NCBI GenBank assembly: GCA_963716725.1
Contig: CAVQUB010000012.1
Location: 64,001 to 128,000, forward strand
Length of the DNA: 64,000 bases
Direction: 5' to 3'
From: an uncultured delta proteobacterium
GTDB lineage: Bacteria; Myxococcota_A; Polyangia; Polyangiales; Polyangiaceae
Shown in pieces: positions 27,715 to 39,052 of the stretch. How positions within the stretch are numbered: the stretch's first letter is position 1; every line of letters starts with the position of its first letter. The notes below the pieces were generated by a model that saw only the letters and a program-made list of their open reading frames with translations, made no database searches and had not been told where the DNA came from. Both the position numbers and the translations under genes were made by a program.

Positions 27715-30083
27715 ATGGCCTGGGGTGCAAGGTTCGGATCGGGGTGCTTTGGGGGTGTGCTGTCGCTGCTGGTTGGCTTTGCGTTGCTCCCATCGGGGTG
27801 CTCCAGCGAGTCGACGAACAACGTCATTGGCCAGCCGGACGCGGGCCAGCCGGACACGGGCCAGCCGGACACGGGCCAGCCGGACGCGAATGATGCCGGC
27901 TCGGGCACCTGCTCGGACGGCGTGAAGAACGGTTCCGAGGTCGCCGTCGACTGCGGTGGCGGCTGCCTGTGTAGCACCGGACAGCCGTGCCAGCTTGCCG
28001 GCGACTGTGCGAGCAGCGTGTGCGCCGGCGGCAAATGCCAGCCGCCGAACTGCACCGACGGCTACAAGAACGGCGACGAAAGCGACATCGACTGCGGTGG
28101 CAACGCATGCCCCGCGTGCGCCGCTCTGAAGGCGTGCGCGGTCTCCGCCGACTGCCTGAGCAAGGTGTGCAAGGGCGGCGTGTGCCAGGCCCCGACCTGC
28201 AGCGACCTCGCCCAGAACGCGGACGAGACCGACGTCGACTGCGGCGGGTCCACCTGCGGCGCGTGCGCCGATGGCAAGGCGTGCGTCGCGCCGTCCGATT
28301 GCGTGAACGGGCTGTGCGCCAGCGGCAAGTGCGTTCCGGCAAGTTGCCTGGACGGCGTGCTCAACGGCGACGAAACCGACAAGGACTGCGGCGGAAGCTG
28401 TGCCAGCTGCAACGACGGTCAGATCTGTGGCGCCGGCGCTGACTGCAAGAGCCTGGTGTGCTCTTCCGGCACTTGTCAGATCGCGAGCTGCAACGACACT
28501 GCGAAGAACGCCCTGGAAACGGACGTGGACTGCGGCGGGCCCATATGCCCCAAGTGCGCCGCCCCCCTGGCCTGCGCGCAGGCCAGCGACTGCCAGAGCG
28601 CTATTTGCTTGGGCAACAAGTGCCAGGCTGCAAGCTGCACCGACAGCGTGAAGAACGGCGCAGAGAGCGACGTCGATTGCGGTGGCAACCTGTGCTCGGG
28701 GTGTCTGAACGGCCAGACCTGCTCCGCCGGAGCGGATTGCAAAAGCGGCGGCTGCGCCAGCGCCATCTCACAGTGTGGTCCCTGGGCCAAGCGATTCGGC
28801 GATACGACCGAGGAATACGCGCACACGGTCGCCGTGGACTCGCAAGGCAACATCATTCTGGTTGGCGAGTTCTGGGGCAGTGTGAGCTTCGGTGGCGCGA
28901 CGTTCACCGCCCTGGGGACCCACCCCGATGCCTTCGTCGTCAAGCTCTCACCGAGCGGCGCCCATCTGTGGTCCAAGCAGTTCGGGGGCACGGGGATCGA
29001 CATTGCCTACGGGGTGGCGGTGGACGCCAGCGACGACATCGTGGTGACGGGCGGCGCGGACAGCACCAACTTCGGCGGCGGGCTGCTCACCAGCAAGGGA
29101 AGCGTAGACGCCTTCATCGTCAAGCTGAAGGGCAGCGACGGCTCGCACATCTGGTCCACCCTGGTCGGCGGACTCATCGCCGAATACGCCCAGAGCGTAG
29201 CGGTGGTCCCGCCCACCGGCGACGTGGTGATCGTGGGTCGGGCATATTCTGCGTCGTACTCGCTCGGCGGCGCCACCTTCACTGGGAAGGGGGGCATGGA
29301 CGCCTTTGTCGCCAAGTACAAGGGCAGTGACGGCTCGCACCTCTGGTCGAAGGGCTTTGGCGACACCGGCGAGGAGCGCTTGGGCCGGGTGGCGGTGGAT
29401 TCCGCCGGAAATGCCTTCGTTGCCGGCTCCTTCACCACGTCCATTGACCTGGGAGGCGGGTCCCTGCCGACCGCCGGCAGCCTGGACATGATCGTCGGCA
29501 AGCTCGCTTCCGCGAACGGCGCCCACCTGTGGTCGAAAGCGTTCGGCGGGACGCTCGGCGATGCGTTGTCTGGCATTGCGGTGGACCCCGCCGGCGATCC
29601 CGTGGTTACCGGGTCCATGGGCACTGCCATCACTCTCGGCGGCGCCGTGCTCCCTTACGTCGCACTGTCCGACGTCGTGATCGCCAAGTTCAACGGCTCG
29701 AATGGTTCCCACTTGTGGTCGGTCGCCGCCGGCGGGGGAGCTTCGACCTGGGCAACTCCGTTGCCTTTTTCGGCAGCGATCCAATTGTTGCGGGCAGCTA
29801 TCTCTCCGGCGCTCTCAACTTTGGCGGCGGCAACTTGCCGGCCGGCAGCGGCGACGCGCTGTTCATGGTCCGTCTCACCGGCTCTACCGGCGCGCACGTG
29901 GCTTCCGCAGGTTATGCGCCGACCACGGGCAAGCTGCTCCAACGAGGCTTGGCCATCAGCCCCGTCTCTAACAGCGTCGTGATCAGCGGCTCTGTCACCG
30001 GCACTGCCAGCATCGGCACGTCGCTGCTGACCGCCGTCGGAGGGAGTGACGCCTTCGTGGCAAGCTTTGGTCCGCTGCCCTGA
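27715..30083 (+). pseudogene. Cys-rich repeat plus SBBP beta-propeller lipoprotein, frameshifted at a G-run (29734-29738)
   Basis: Six C.DG.KNG.E.DVDCGG repeats and HLWSK.FG repeats; the last blades continue in another frame (ORF 29529-30083). Confidence 0.8.
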
Positions 30084-30349
30084 GCGTCACGCGGGGCTGC
30101 ACCACCGGCGACATCGCTGGAGAGATTGTCCCCGCTGCTCCGGTCCGAAGCGCTGGGCGGCCCGCCCTGAGCCACTCTCGACCTCGAACTGCGACGCGCG
30201 TACCCCGAGTCCCGGCGAGTGTTGCCAGATGGGATTTCCTACGCGCCAAGCCTTCCGCAAGCGGTTGGATGCGGAAGGCTTGGTGGGTGGTTCGACGGGC
30301 ACGTCATCGACGCCGCCACGCGCTGTCGAGCGAGCGCACTCAGTCAGCG

Positions 30350-31480
30350 CTAGGGCGTGGTCGCCCCCGTGATGTAGTAGCCATACTTCGCGTAGGTCTG
30401 GACGTATTCGTAGCTCAGCCGGACGTAGCCAGCGTGACCCGAGTCCGCACCCCAACTGTTCTTCATCTCGAAGTAGTTGCCGGCGCGGTTGTAGCCGACC
30501 ATCAACATGGCATGGCCGGCATAAGCGGCGGCCGGATTGCCGCCCACGAGCTGAACGTCCACCACGCCCGTGTCGATGGTTGGATCGGACCAATCGGCGC
30601 CAGCAACGTAGATGCCGAAGATGATGTCGTTGCCCGCGGCGAGCACGCTCTCGAGGTAACTCGTGTTCTCGGCAACCTGCGTTCCCGTGCCGCCCTGCGC
30701 GGTGGCAAACATCAACCGGGTCGAGGTGTGGCCGTTGGTCGCCGTGCTGCTGCAGGTGGCCGGGACGGTGACGTCACACGCCGGCAGCGCTGGGGTGTAC
30801 GCCCAGTTGGAACAAGCGCGGTCCGTCGTGAGGTACTCGGCTGCCCGCCAGGTCTGTAGCCCGTCGTTCCAACAGGACTTCTTGCCCTCCTTCGCCATGA
30901 AGATCTCGAACGCGTGTTGCTCCGAGAGATCGCGCGTCACGTCGTTCTTCCACTTGTACCAGGACTCGATGCCCGCCACGGCCGCATGCGCCACGCAGGT
31001 GCCGCGCCCGCCCTGGTTCTTGATGCCCGTCTGGCGAGCGACGTGGCTCAGGGTGTCCGGGATGAGTGCGATCTTCGGCGGCCTCTCGAACTTCAGGTAG
31101 GGCGAGGTGAAATGGGGCTGGTAGGCCTTCAGCTTGGGGTCGAGCACTGCGGCAGCCGTGAGGAGATTCTTGGGCGGACCCGGCTCGGGAACGTCGACTC
31201 GCTCGAGCACCACCTTGCGCTTGCTCTTCGCCAATGTCAGCTGTGGGAAACCTTTGGCGGTGTAGCCGAGCGCCGCCTGGACTTTCGCTTCCACGAACGG
31301 TTTTTTGCCGGCCAGCGCTTGCTTGAGCTTCGCGCCCGCAACGATCGGCTTGACCTTCAGCGTCAGCGCCGCCTTCGGCTTCACCGGCTTTGGCTCCCCG
31401 CCTGCCACTCCACCGAATGTCAATGCGATCCCGGTTGCAAACCCGACCGTGCCCAAGAGCAAAGTTCGACGACGAATCAT
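30350..31480 (-). CDS. Papain-family (C1) cysteine peptidase, probable Tat substrate
   Basis: QGGRGTCVAHA, LSEQ, GHAMLMVGY, KNSWG; RRRTLL signal. Confidence 0.9.
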   Translation of the reverse strand: MIRRRTLLLGTVGFATGIALTFGGVAGGEPKPVKPKAALTLKVKPIVAGAKLKQALAGKKPFVEAKVQAALGYTAKGFPQLTLAKSKRKVVLERVDVPEPGPPKNLLTAAAVLDPKLKAYQPHFTSPYLKFERPPKIALIPDTLSHVARQTGIKNQGGRGTCVAHAAVAGIESWYKWKNDVTRDLSEQHAFEIFMAKEGKKSCWNDGLQTWRAAEYLTTDRACSNWAYTPALPACDVTVPATCSSTATNGHTSTRLMFATAQGGTGTQVAENTSYLESVLAAGNDIIFGIYVAGADWSDPTIDTGVVDVQLVGGNPAAAYAGHAMLMVGYNRAGNYFEMKNSWGADSGHAGYVRLSYEYVQTYAKYGYYITGATTP

Positions 31481-31503
31481 GATATTTTCTCCAATTCGCC
31501 CGC

Positions 31504-31884
31504 TCACGGCGGGCACCTGCCAGATTGTTCCCGGCAACTTCCGGGTGCACAGCGGCCGCGATGGAAGTCCCACTCGCGGCAACGCGAACCGTCAGCAAAG
31601 ACGCAGACCCCAACCTCCCCCGCCGGCTCGTTGACGATCTCGAGCTTGCCTCCGTTCTTCTTACAATGAACTGAGGCGGGATTCGCCAAGCCAGAGTTTT
31701 GCGGCTCAGGCGTCGACGCCGGCGGCGCGGCGGAGAGATCAGCGGGCACCGTCGTCGATTCCGACGTCGGCGCGTCCGACGTGGTCGCCGACGAAGCTGG
31801 CGAGGGCGTAGCCGCGTTCGGCGTGCAGGAGAGCACGCTGCACAGGACGCACCAGGGCGCGAAGCTCAATCTCTCCCAACGCAT
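31504..31884 (-). CDS. DUF333 lipoprotein
   Basis: LANPASVHCKKNGG...CVFADGSRCREW. Confidence 0.85.
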   Translation of the reverse strand: MRWERLSFAPWCVLCSVLSCTPNAATPSPASSATTSDAPTSESTTVPADLSAAPPASTPEPQNSGLANPASVHCKKNGGKLEIVNEPAGEVGVCVFADGSRCREWDFHRGRCAPGSCREQSGRCPP

Positions 31885-32233
31885 GCGCGCGCCTATGCAA
31901 GCTACATTCCAGCCGGGTTAGCCCGAGTTTCTGAGACCAACCGGCCCGCTGCAGCGAAGAATTCGCGGGAAGAGCCCAGCGCGCGGCAAGCCTTGCAGAT
32001 CGCGTGCGACCCTCCGGTGCAATTGTGAATCGCCTTGGTGAGACGCTCGACGAAGCCTCGCTCTACCGCTACCCGCGCTCGGCCCGGTGCTCGATCTCCG
32101 CACCCTGCGTGCTGCGTGCGCGCGCCGCTCGCGCGTTGCTCACGCCCGCGCCGGCGGCCGCCCGGCAAACTTTTGGCTCGCCGTGTTGCTGACCAGCAAG
32201 CTCGCGGTCCGCTGGAACGCCTAGGTGTTCTCG

Positions 32234-33310
32234 TCAGCCATTGCGCTCGAGCAGCTCGAGGGCTTCGGCGCGATCGATCTCGTCGAGGCTCTCGATGGCG
32301 CCTTCCAGAGCGGCGTCGTCAATCAGACTCGGACCCTCGTCGCTCAGACGTACCGCAAGCTGCACCAGCGGGGGTGACGCTGGGCCAATGCGTCGTCGCA
32401 CCTCTTCGCGCACACCGGGTGAGCGAGCAGCGAGCAGCGCGTAGGCCGCCGCCGCCCGTGCATCGATCGGCGCCGCCACGTTCTCCAGCGTCGCCAGCAC
32501 CTGCTCCTCGCTCACGCGAACGCGATAGTTGCCGGCGCGGGCTGCCGCCAAGAGCCGCCGCGAGCCGTCCAGCCACTCACGCATGGTCCGCTCTCCCCGG
32601 CGGAGTTCCGCGGGGCATTCCTCACCTGCTTGTGCGTCCGTGATGCCCGCCTCGATCGCGTCGCAGAGGGCATGTCCGCGCTCCAGAGCGCGCTTGCCGA
32701 GCAGCGGCAGCTCCACCACCGCGCGTCCCGTGCGGTCGCGGACCACGAGCCGCGGGGACAAACCGCGGACCTGAACGCGCGCGTCGCGCAATAGGTCGAA
32801 CGGCCAGTAGCTGGAGGCACCGCGGCGCCGCAGGCGCACGCCGCCCTCGTCCACGCCGAGCTCGACCGACAGGGTGCCCCAGAGTGGCCGTGCCAAGAGC
32901 CCGGTCGCGATGACGGCGAAGAGCCCCGCGAAGACTGCCGGCAAGAGATGAAACACGTCGAAGCTCTCCAGCTTCGAAATGTCATTGACGCCCGACACCA
33001 CCGTGATGAGAAGCAGCACGCCGAAACCCAGCGCCAGGCATTGGTCCAAGGTGAGCACGATCCCCCGCTTGTGCGTCTCCTGCTCCGGTGGCAGCGCGCC
33101 AATCTCGTTCAGGCCGGCGAACAACAGCACGAGCAACGGGCCTGCGACCCACACGACCAACGGCCACCCCTCGCCCCGCGTGAGAGCGGGCAGCGTCAGC
33201 CCGATGCCCGCCGTGCCCACGAGCGCGTAGAGCACCGCGCGCAGCGCCACGCGGAGCGGCACGCTCCAAATCTTGCGGAACCACAGCACCGGTTCTTTCG
33301 CGCGGCTCAA
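32234..33310 (-). CDS. Membrane protein (4 TM plus PH-like/helical C-terminal domain)
   Basis: Hydrophobic N-terminal half, soluble C-terminal half. Confidence 0.65.
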   Translation of the reverse strand: MSRAKEPVLWFRKIWSVPLRVALRAVLYALVGTAGIGLTLPALTRGEGWPLVVWVAGPLLVLLFAGLNEIGALPPEQETHKRGIVLTLDQCLALGFGVLLLITVVSGVNDISKLESFDVFHLLPAVFAGLFAVIATGLLARPLWGTLSVELGVDEGGVRLRRRGASSYWPFDLLRDARVQVRGLSPRLVVRDRTGRAVVELPLLGKRALERGHALCDAIEAGITDAQAGEECPAELRRGERTMREWLDGSRRLLAAARAGNYRVRVSEEQVLATLENVAAPIDARAAAAYALLAARSPGVREEVRRRIGPASPPLVQLAVRLSDEGPSLIDDAALEGAIESLDEIDRAEALELLERNG

Positions 33311-33811
33311 GGCGAGCGAACATACATCGCCGGCACATGCGATGGGTACTCACACGCGCTCGGCGAAGCGCGACCGCACTCTCGTTCAGCGCGTCCAGGG
33401 GAACCGCGGTCCCATGCGGGCAGATCCACTCCTGGCTGCGGGTTTCTTCCCTCTTCCGCCGCGGCGATGATGTAGCCCAGCACGCAGAGCCCGCAGCGGC
33501 GCTCGAGCAGGGGCCCCCTCACGACGTTCGGGTCGAGCTCGGTGAGCCGCGACCCCAGCGTCGCCTCGGTCGGCTTCGCCCACTCATCGTCGATCTGTTC
33601 CTTGCGGAATGCCCGGACGTAGCCGTTGAAGATGCCGACATCGGGAAACTCGTTGGTGGGCGCTGCCGGCGCAAACCAGCACTGGCAACGCGCGCCCGTC
33701 AGCCGCGTAGTAGATGGCAGCCGCGGACCAAGATGGCAGCCGCTCGAGCGCATCCGGGGCGCCACGGTCCTGATGGTGCCGCTCCGTCGAGCAGCGCGCC
33801 GGCGCTCGCGC

Positions 33812-34360
33812 TCAGCAGCTCGTTGTACACTCGATGCGCGAGAGCTTGGCGCTGCCGGCTCCGTAGATGCAGCCCCACAGATCACCGTTCGCGTCGCAGC
33901 AGTATTGGCCGACCCCCCCACCCCCGAACACGGGCAGACTTTTGCAGTCCGATGAGCCAGCGACCAAGCCATCCGGGCACGCACGCACGGTGCCGCCGGG
34001 ATCTGCGCCTTGGAAGCCGCACTGGTAGAGATCCTGAGAAGCGTCCCAGCCGCATTGCGTCACGGGCGCGCATGAGCCGCCCGCCCCCGCGGCGCCTGCG
34101 GCCCCGCCAGTGCCACCGGTGGCCCCGCCTGCGCCACCGGTGGCCCCGCCTGCGCCGCCGGTGGTTCCGCCGACCGCGCCCGTGCCGCCAGCGGAGCCTG
34201 CTGTGCCGCCCGCGCCGCCCGCGCCGCCCGCGCCGCCCGCGCCGCTACCGCCCGATCCGCCGCTACCACGAGGCACTGATTCGTCCTCATCCTCGCTGCA
34301 GCCGACCAGGCTGAGCCCGACCAAGAAACACGTCGCCACCCCCAAACGCTTGAGATTCAT
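33812..34360 (-). CDS. Gly-rich, Cys-rich lipoprotein
   Basis: Lipobox LVGC; GGAGG repeats. Confidence 0.75.
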   Translation of the reverse strand: MNLKRLGVATCFLVGLSLVGCSEDEDESVPRGSGGSGGSGAGGAGGAGGAGGTAGSAGGTGAVGGTTGGAGGATGGAGGATGGTGGAAGAAGAGGSCAPVTQCGWDASQDLYQCGFQGADPGGTVRACPDGLVAGSSDCKSLPVFGGGGVGQYCCDANGDLWGCIYGAGSAKLSRIECTTSC

Positions 34361-34612
34361 CGCGCTAGCGTGCCAGCGCCAGGGCCGGAGCGACAGCGGC
34401 GGTTTCGGGGGTTTATGGGGGATGTGGGGCCGAGCTGGGTCGGGTGGCGCGGGACCGCTAGCTGAACATGCAACTCGCGCATCACGCCGCCGACAGCCAC
34501 CCACAACCTGTTCAACTCGCTTGCCGCTGCCCTTGCTGATGGCGGCGCTCGCGGCAGGGGGAAGTGGCGCCTCGTGTCCAGGGGCGTTCGTCTCAGGACG
34601 CAAGCAAAAATT

Positions 34613-35074
34613 TCAAGCCGCACGGGCGCGCAGGTACGCGACGCTGCCCGGCAGGTCGCGGATCAGCCGCAGCAGGATGTCCATCGCCGCCGTCTGAACG
34701 TTGCGCCCGGACTCCCAGCGGGAAACCGTGTTCGCGCCGAGGCGCAGGAGTCGCGCCAGGTCGCTTTGCTTGAGCTCGAACTGCGCCCGAATGGCGCGGA
34801 TCTCGTCGGCCGAGAGCAGCCCGTGCTTCTTCCGGTAGATTCCGATCGCGTCCTCGTGGAGCCGCTTGGCCTCCCGGAACCGCAGCACGATCTCTCCGCA
34901 CTTCGGGCACTTCAGGTGCGACGCCGACGGCACCGCGATCTCCTCTCCGTTGATCGGCAGCTTCAGCCGCCCGCGTGCTTCCCTCATCATCGTTCCGCAG
35001 GCCGGGCAAGCGTCGGCGGGAAGCTCGCGACCACGACGCGCTGCTTGGCGTGGCTTGCTACCCTTCTTCGTCAT
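34613..35074 (-). CDS. mqsA: MqsA-family antitoxin
   Basis: CPAC/CPKC zinc finger plus Xre HTH (NTVSRWESG). Confidence 0.88.
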   Translation of the reverse strand: MTKKGSKPRQAARRGRELPADACPACGTMMREARGRLKLPINGEEIAVPSASHLKCPKCGEIVLRFREAKRLHEDAIGIYRKKHGLLSADEIRAIRAQFELKQSDLARLLRLGANTVSRWESGRNVQTAAMDILLRLIRDLPGSVAYLRARAA

Positions 35075-35372
35075 CGACAGCCTCGTCCTCGTGGAACGAC
35101 ACGATCACGCAGTCTTCTCGGAGCACGATCTTGACGTAGATGATCCGTCCCTCGACGGCGGGCTTGAAGACGTACATCCACTCGCCCGTCACCTCGGACG
35201 CAAGGCGACCGGCCGAGTCGGTCGGGCTCAGGCCCTCGACCACCTGGCGCACGTCTTCCACTGCGAGGCCCAGGGCGACCGCCTCTCGGTCGGCCTTGTA
35301 CGTCAGACGCACGCACCCCTGGGACCCGAGCGCGTGGATGCGCATCAAGTCCCTGGGTAGCCAGCGCGGCAT
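35058..35372 (-). CDS. MqsR-like toxin
   Basis: Upstream of and overlapping mqsA; W.YVFKP, IYVKI, IVSFH. Confidence 0.75.
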   Translation of the reverse strand: MPRWLPRDLMRIHALGSQGCVRLTYKADREAVALGLAVEDVRQVVEGLSPTDSAGRLASEVTGEWMYVFKPAVEGRIIYVKIVLREDCVIVSFHEDEAVDDEEG

Positions 35373-35848
35373 GTCGAAGGTCCATAACCTTGTGAGAGAT
35401 TATGCATATGGTTATTCGAAGCGTCGAGCGCTGGATTGGGCAGCGCGAGGCGCGGCACGGCAAGCGAGAGAGAGCGAAGGTCGTGCCCAGCTCGAAGCTG
35501 ACGAGATTCGTGAGTTTTCAAGTGCCCGCGGGGGCGGCGATCGCCACTCTTCGCCAGGTGATCGCCACCCGCGGGCCCCTCGGGAGCGCCCGGTCCCCAC
35601 CGACGTCTCGACGCGCCACAAGCGCCAGGCGGTTCGGTGAGCCGCTGAGGTCGCCATCGCCGCACAGACCCGCAAGAGGTGCTCGGGCGCCTCTTCGTCC
35701 GGCAAGGGGAGGCAGCGACAATCGCGGGCTCAGCCTTCCCTCATCATCGTGCCGCAGAACACCTGGACCCAGCTCGCCGATGGCACGAACCAGACGCAGA
35801 CCAGCCGTGCCGGTCGTGGGTCTCTGTCCTCGAGTCGGGAGTGGCTGA

Positions 35849-35929
35849 TCACGCCCGCGCCGGTGGCCGCAGGCTCGCCCGCGGCCCGATCAACACATAC
35901 GTCTTCATCTCGCCCTTGCCCTTCACCTC
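35849..35929 (-). repeat. 81-bp exact duplicate of the adenylate cyclase 3' end (39053-39133)
   Basis: Identical sequence, followed by motif-like TTGTCCTGCCTCCCCC. Confidence 0.93.
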
Positions 35930-36325
35930 TTGTCCTGCCTCCCCCGGTCGTTGCTCGCCGCGCTATCGCGCGGCTGCGCGCCGCCTGCCCCCTCCTTATC
36001 CGGCAAGCGCCAGCGGCGGTCGAGTTGTGACAGCGTTGCGGGCTCGAGGGCGCTTGCACGCACGGAATGACCTCCGCCGACGCTTGCTCGGATGGAGGGG
36101 GCGCGTCGTGCCGAGACTGGCTGCAGGCCGAGTTGCGGTGGGGTCGCGCACCAGTCGGCGTCGCTGGGTGCGCAGGCACTCGAGGGCGGCTGCGGCTGCT
36201 CACTCCCGGGTCCGCGTCTGCCGCGCGGCGCAGCGTGGGCTCTGCCCGGGCTCGGGGTGGCGATCCGGCGCACTTGCGGTCCACCCCAGGGCGATGAGCT
36301 TGCGTTTGTGGTATTTTCTGGAGGG

Positions 36326-36590
36326 ATGCGTTCTACAACGCCAGCGGCTCCGGTCATCAAGAACGTCCTGCTGAGCGGCGCGCTCGACGGCGACCTCGCG
36401 ACCGTGAAGCTCACGGTCGACGTGACCGATCCCGATGGGTTGTCCGACATCGCCGGCGGGAAGCTCTTCTCGAAGGACAAGTCGAAGTTCCTGGGCGCAT
36501 TCACCCAGCTCAGCGGAGGGACGTTCACGACGGACTTGACCTGGAAGACCGTGAACGAAGTCGAAACGCTTGGGCTTCAAGTGCCACTGT
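36326..36590 (+). pseudogene. Fragment of an Ig-like secreted protein
   Basis: APVIK...VDVTDPDGLSDIAGG...GTFTTDLTW with coding-like codon use; ends abruptly. Confidence 0.5.
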
Positions 36591-36808
36591 GCCTGTCAGA
36601 AGGCTACGCAGGTCGCGCCGCAACTGGCGCAGCTCACTTCCACCTGCTGCTCTCGGCTCGCCGTGTTCGACGCAGCGTCCGTGAACTCGATGAGCTCGAA
36701 TCGCGTGGTGGTCGCGCCTTCCGTGAGGAGGATGCAGTGAACGGCTGCGCAGACCCATGCGGGCCCACGGGTTGCGCTTGCGACTGCGGGTGACCAGCGA
36801 GGTCGAAC

Positions 36809-38005
36809 ATGCCAACTCCATCCAGTCGGAACGGTCGGATCTGGGTCGTCTTGGTGGCGCTGGTGGGGGCGGGGTGCGGGGCTGAGCAAATCGACGGCAC
36901 GGGCGCCGCGGGCGGAGGCGGCGTCACGCACTCCGGCGGCAACGGTGGGACCGCTGGGGTGGGCGGAGTTGCGCCTGACGCAGGGGGTGGCGGTGGCTGC
37001 GTGAGGCAGATCGGCGCAAGTTGGGAATTCACGTGCGCGGTGAGGACCGACGACAGCGCTTGGTGCTGGGGAGATGCGGGCTACGCGTTCTTGGACGACT
37101 TCGTCCAAAGCGCCCACCCGGTTCGGCTGACCTCCTTCGGGACGGAGGTGGTCCAGATCGCGGCGGGCTGGCATCACGCGTGCGCGCTCACCAAGGCGGG
37201 AGCCGTCTCCTGCTGGGGCTCCAACGACGCCGGACAACTCGGTAGCGATGGGGTCTCGACGACCGCGATCGGCTCGGACGTAGTGTCCGTCGCATCCCGC
37301 CACAAGCACACCTGCGTGGTGAGAGTCGATGGCAGCGTGTGGTGCTGGGGCAGCAACTACTCCGGGCAAATCGGCGACGGAACGACGGTCGACCAGCCGC
37401 TGCCGAAGCGAGTCAATTCCGTCGGTGCGGGCGTCACCCAAGTAACCGTAGGCGACGGCCACAGCTGCGCGGCCACCAGCGACGGGACAGTTTGGTGTTG
37501 GGGCTTCAACCACAACGGCCAACTCGGCGACGGAACGACCGAGGCCAAGACGACCCCGACGCCGGTGTTCAAGCTCGCAACGCCGCCGAGGGAGCTCACT
37601 GCTGGATTCGATTTCACGTGTGCGCTGGAGCAGAACGGCAGCCTGTGGTGCTGGGGCGCAGGCCAATTGGAGCCTTCGAAAGTCGAGGGGATCGGAGCGA
37701 AGGTGGCGCAGATCGGGTCAGGGCGGCTCCACATTTGCGCGGTGACGGAGGCAGGCGCGCTGTGGTGCTGGGGCAAAAACTTCAGCGGCCAGTTGGGCAC
37801 AGGCACGACCGACGACCAGGTCGCGCCGGTGCTGATCCTCGGCTCGGGCGTGGTCCGCGTGGCCGGGGGTCGTCATCACACCTGCGCGATCGTGGCGGAC
37901 GGCACTCCCCTGTGCTGGGGCCAGAACTCGGCCAGCCAGCTCGGCGACGGAACGACCTTGGGGATGCAGACGAGCCCGGTGCCGGTCGTCGGCCTGTGTC
38001 CCTGA
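36809..38005 (+). CDS. RCC1-repeat lipoprotein
   Basis: Lipobox GAGC; seven (H)TCA...G.VWCWG(.N..GQLG) repeats. Confidence 0.92.
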   Translation: MPTPSSRNGRIWVVLVALVGAGCGAEQIDGTGAAGGGGVTHSGGNGGTAGVGGVAPDAGGGGGCVRQIGASWEFTCAVRTDDSAWCWGDAGYAFLDDFVQSAHPVRLTSFGTEVVQIAAGWHHACALTKAGAVSCWGSNDAGQLGSDGVSTTAIGSDVVSVASRHKHTCVVRVDGSVWCWGSNYSGQIGDGTTVDQPLPKRVNSVGAGVTQVTVGDGHSCAATSDGTVWCWGFNHNGQLGDGTTEAKTTPTPVFKLATPPRELTAGFDFTCALEQNGSLWCWGAGQLEPSKVEGIGAKVAQIGSGRLHICAVTEAGALWCWGKNFSGQLGTGTTDDQVAPVLILGSGVVRVAGGRHHTCAIVADGTPLCWGQNSASQLGDGTTLGMQTSPVPVVGLCP

Positions 38006-38213
38006 TCACGCCCGCGCCGGCGGCCGCAGGCTCGCCCGCGGACCGATCAAGCCATGCGTCTTCATCTCGCCTTTGCCCTTCACCTCGATCGTGCCGCGGG
38101 GCTCGAAGTGAAACTGCGTGCGCAGGCGTTCGTAGGTGCGTTCGGTGACCTGGATGGTGTCGGGCTCGGCGTGGGTTTCCATGCGGGCGGCGGTGTTCAC
38201 GGTGTCGCCCCAC
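38006..38213 (-). repeat. 208-bp diverged duplicate of the adenylate cyclase 3' end (39053-39260)
   Basis: About 12 substitutions by manual alignment, mostly synonymous. Confidence 0.93.
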
Positions 38214-38236
38214 TGCCTGCCCCAACTCGCCGCCGC
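38214..38236. repeat. Junction motif copy
   Basis: 38216-38236 CCTGCCCCAACTCGCCGCCGC is identical to 3608-3628. Confidence 0.85.
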
Positions 38237-38290
38237 CGCGTGGTCGCGTGACGCGGGTTGCTGCACGCGAACGCGAGATTGGAGACTAGC

Positions 38291-38866
38291 TCATTCCGCC
38301 GGTGGTGCGAACAGGCGACCTACCTCGAGTTCAATGGCTTCGAAGGGTTCGATGCGCGCGAGGGCCGTGTGATCATAGCTTCCGACCTCGCCCCAACGCC
38401 CCGCGTCGAGGCGATACGCCTCGAGCACGCGCTCCACCGGATCGACGATCCAGTAGTACTGCACGCCGGCGCGTGCGTAGAGGCTCTTCTTCTTCACGCG
38501 GTCGTGCGTGGCATTGCTGGGCGAGACGATCTCGCAGATCCAATCCGGCACGACCGTGAGCGGGCGCGTGTCCCAGGGTTTCGGAAGGCGCTCGCGGCGC
38601 CAACCGGAAAGATCCGGCCGCACCACGTCGTGGGGGCCGAGTTCGACGTCCACCTCGAGCAGAATCCACCAGCCACCCGGACCCCCACGGCCGTCGTCGT
38701 CGTCGAACGGTCCGCCAACGAAGCGCGACAGGGAGCGTTGGGCTCTTGCATGCCGCGGGAGCGGAGCCGGCGAAACAGTGATCTCACCGTCGAGGATCTC
38801 CGCCCGCACGTTCTCTGCGAGAGCGAGGAGGTCTTGGTAGCTGGCTGGGCGGCGCGCCGGCTGCAC
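38291..38866 (-). CDS. Uma2-family endonuclease
   Basis: EILDG, RPDLSGW, PDWICEIVSPS, DR..K..LYA..GV..YWIVDP. Confidence 0.92.
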   Translation of the reverse strand: MQPARRPASYQDLLALAENVRAEILDGEITVSPAPLPRHARAQRSLSRFVGGPFDDDDGRGGPGGWWILLEVDVELGPHDVVRPDLSGWRRERLPKPWDTRPLTVVPDWICEIVSPSNATHDRVKKKSLYARAGVQYYWIVDPVERVLEAYRLDAGRWGEVGSYDHTALARIEPFEAIELEVGRLFAPPAE

Positions 38867-39052
38867 GCATGCGAGTATAGCGCAAAGTCACGACGGGGCC
38901 GGGCCCCGACACGACGCATGTCGCGCAAACCGCCCCGTTCGCGCTCTCCTGGGAGCCGGTCGATGGCGAGATCTTCGTGACCGTGGACTGAGCGACGCTC
39001 CAGCCGCGCCCAAGGCTCCGGTTCATCGGGGTAACCGAGCTTCGCGAGCCGC

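Noticed and set aside
31915..32225. Possible IS end or transposase scrap (TTAGCCCGAGTTTCTGAG; LDEASLYR)
   Set aside because: Too short and degenerate to assign; no matching second end found
33430..33730. Minus-strand coding-like fragment (EQIDDEWAKPTE...CGLC)
   Set aside because: No start or clear family; probably a remnant
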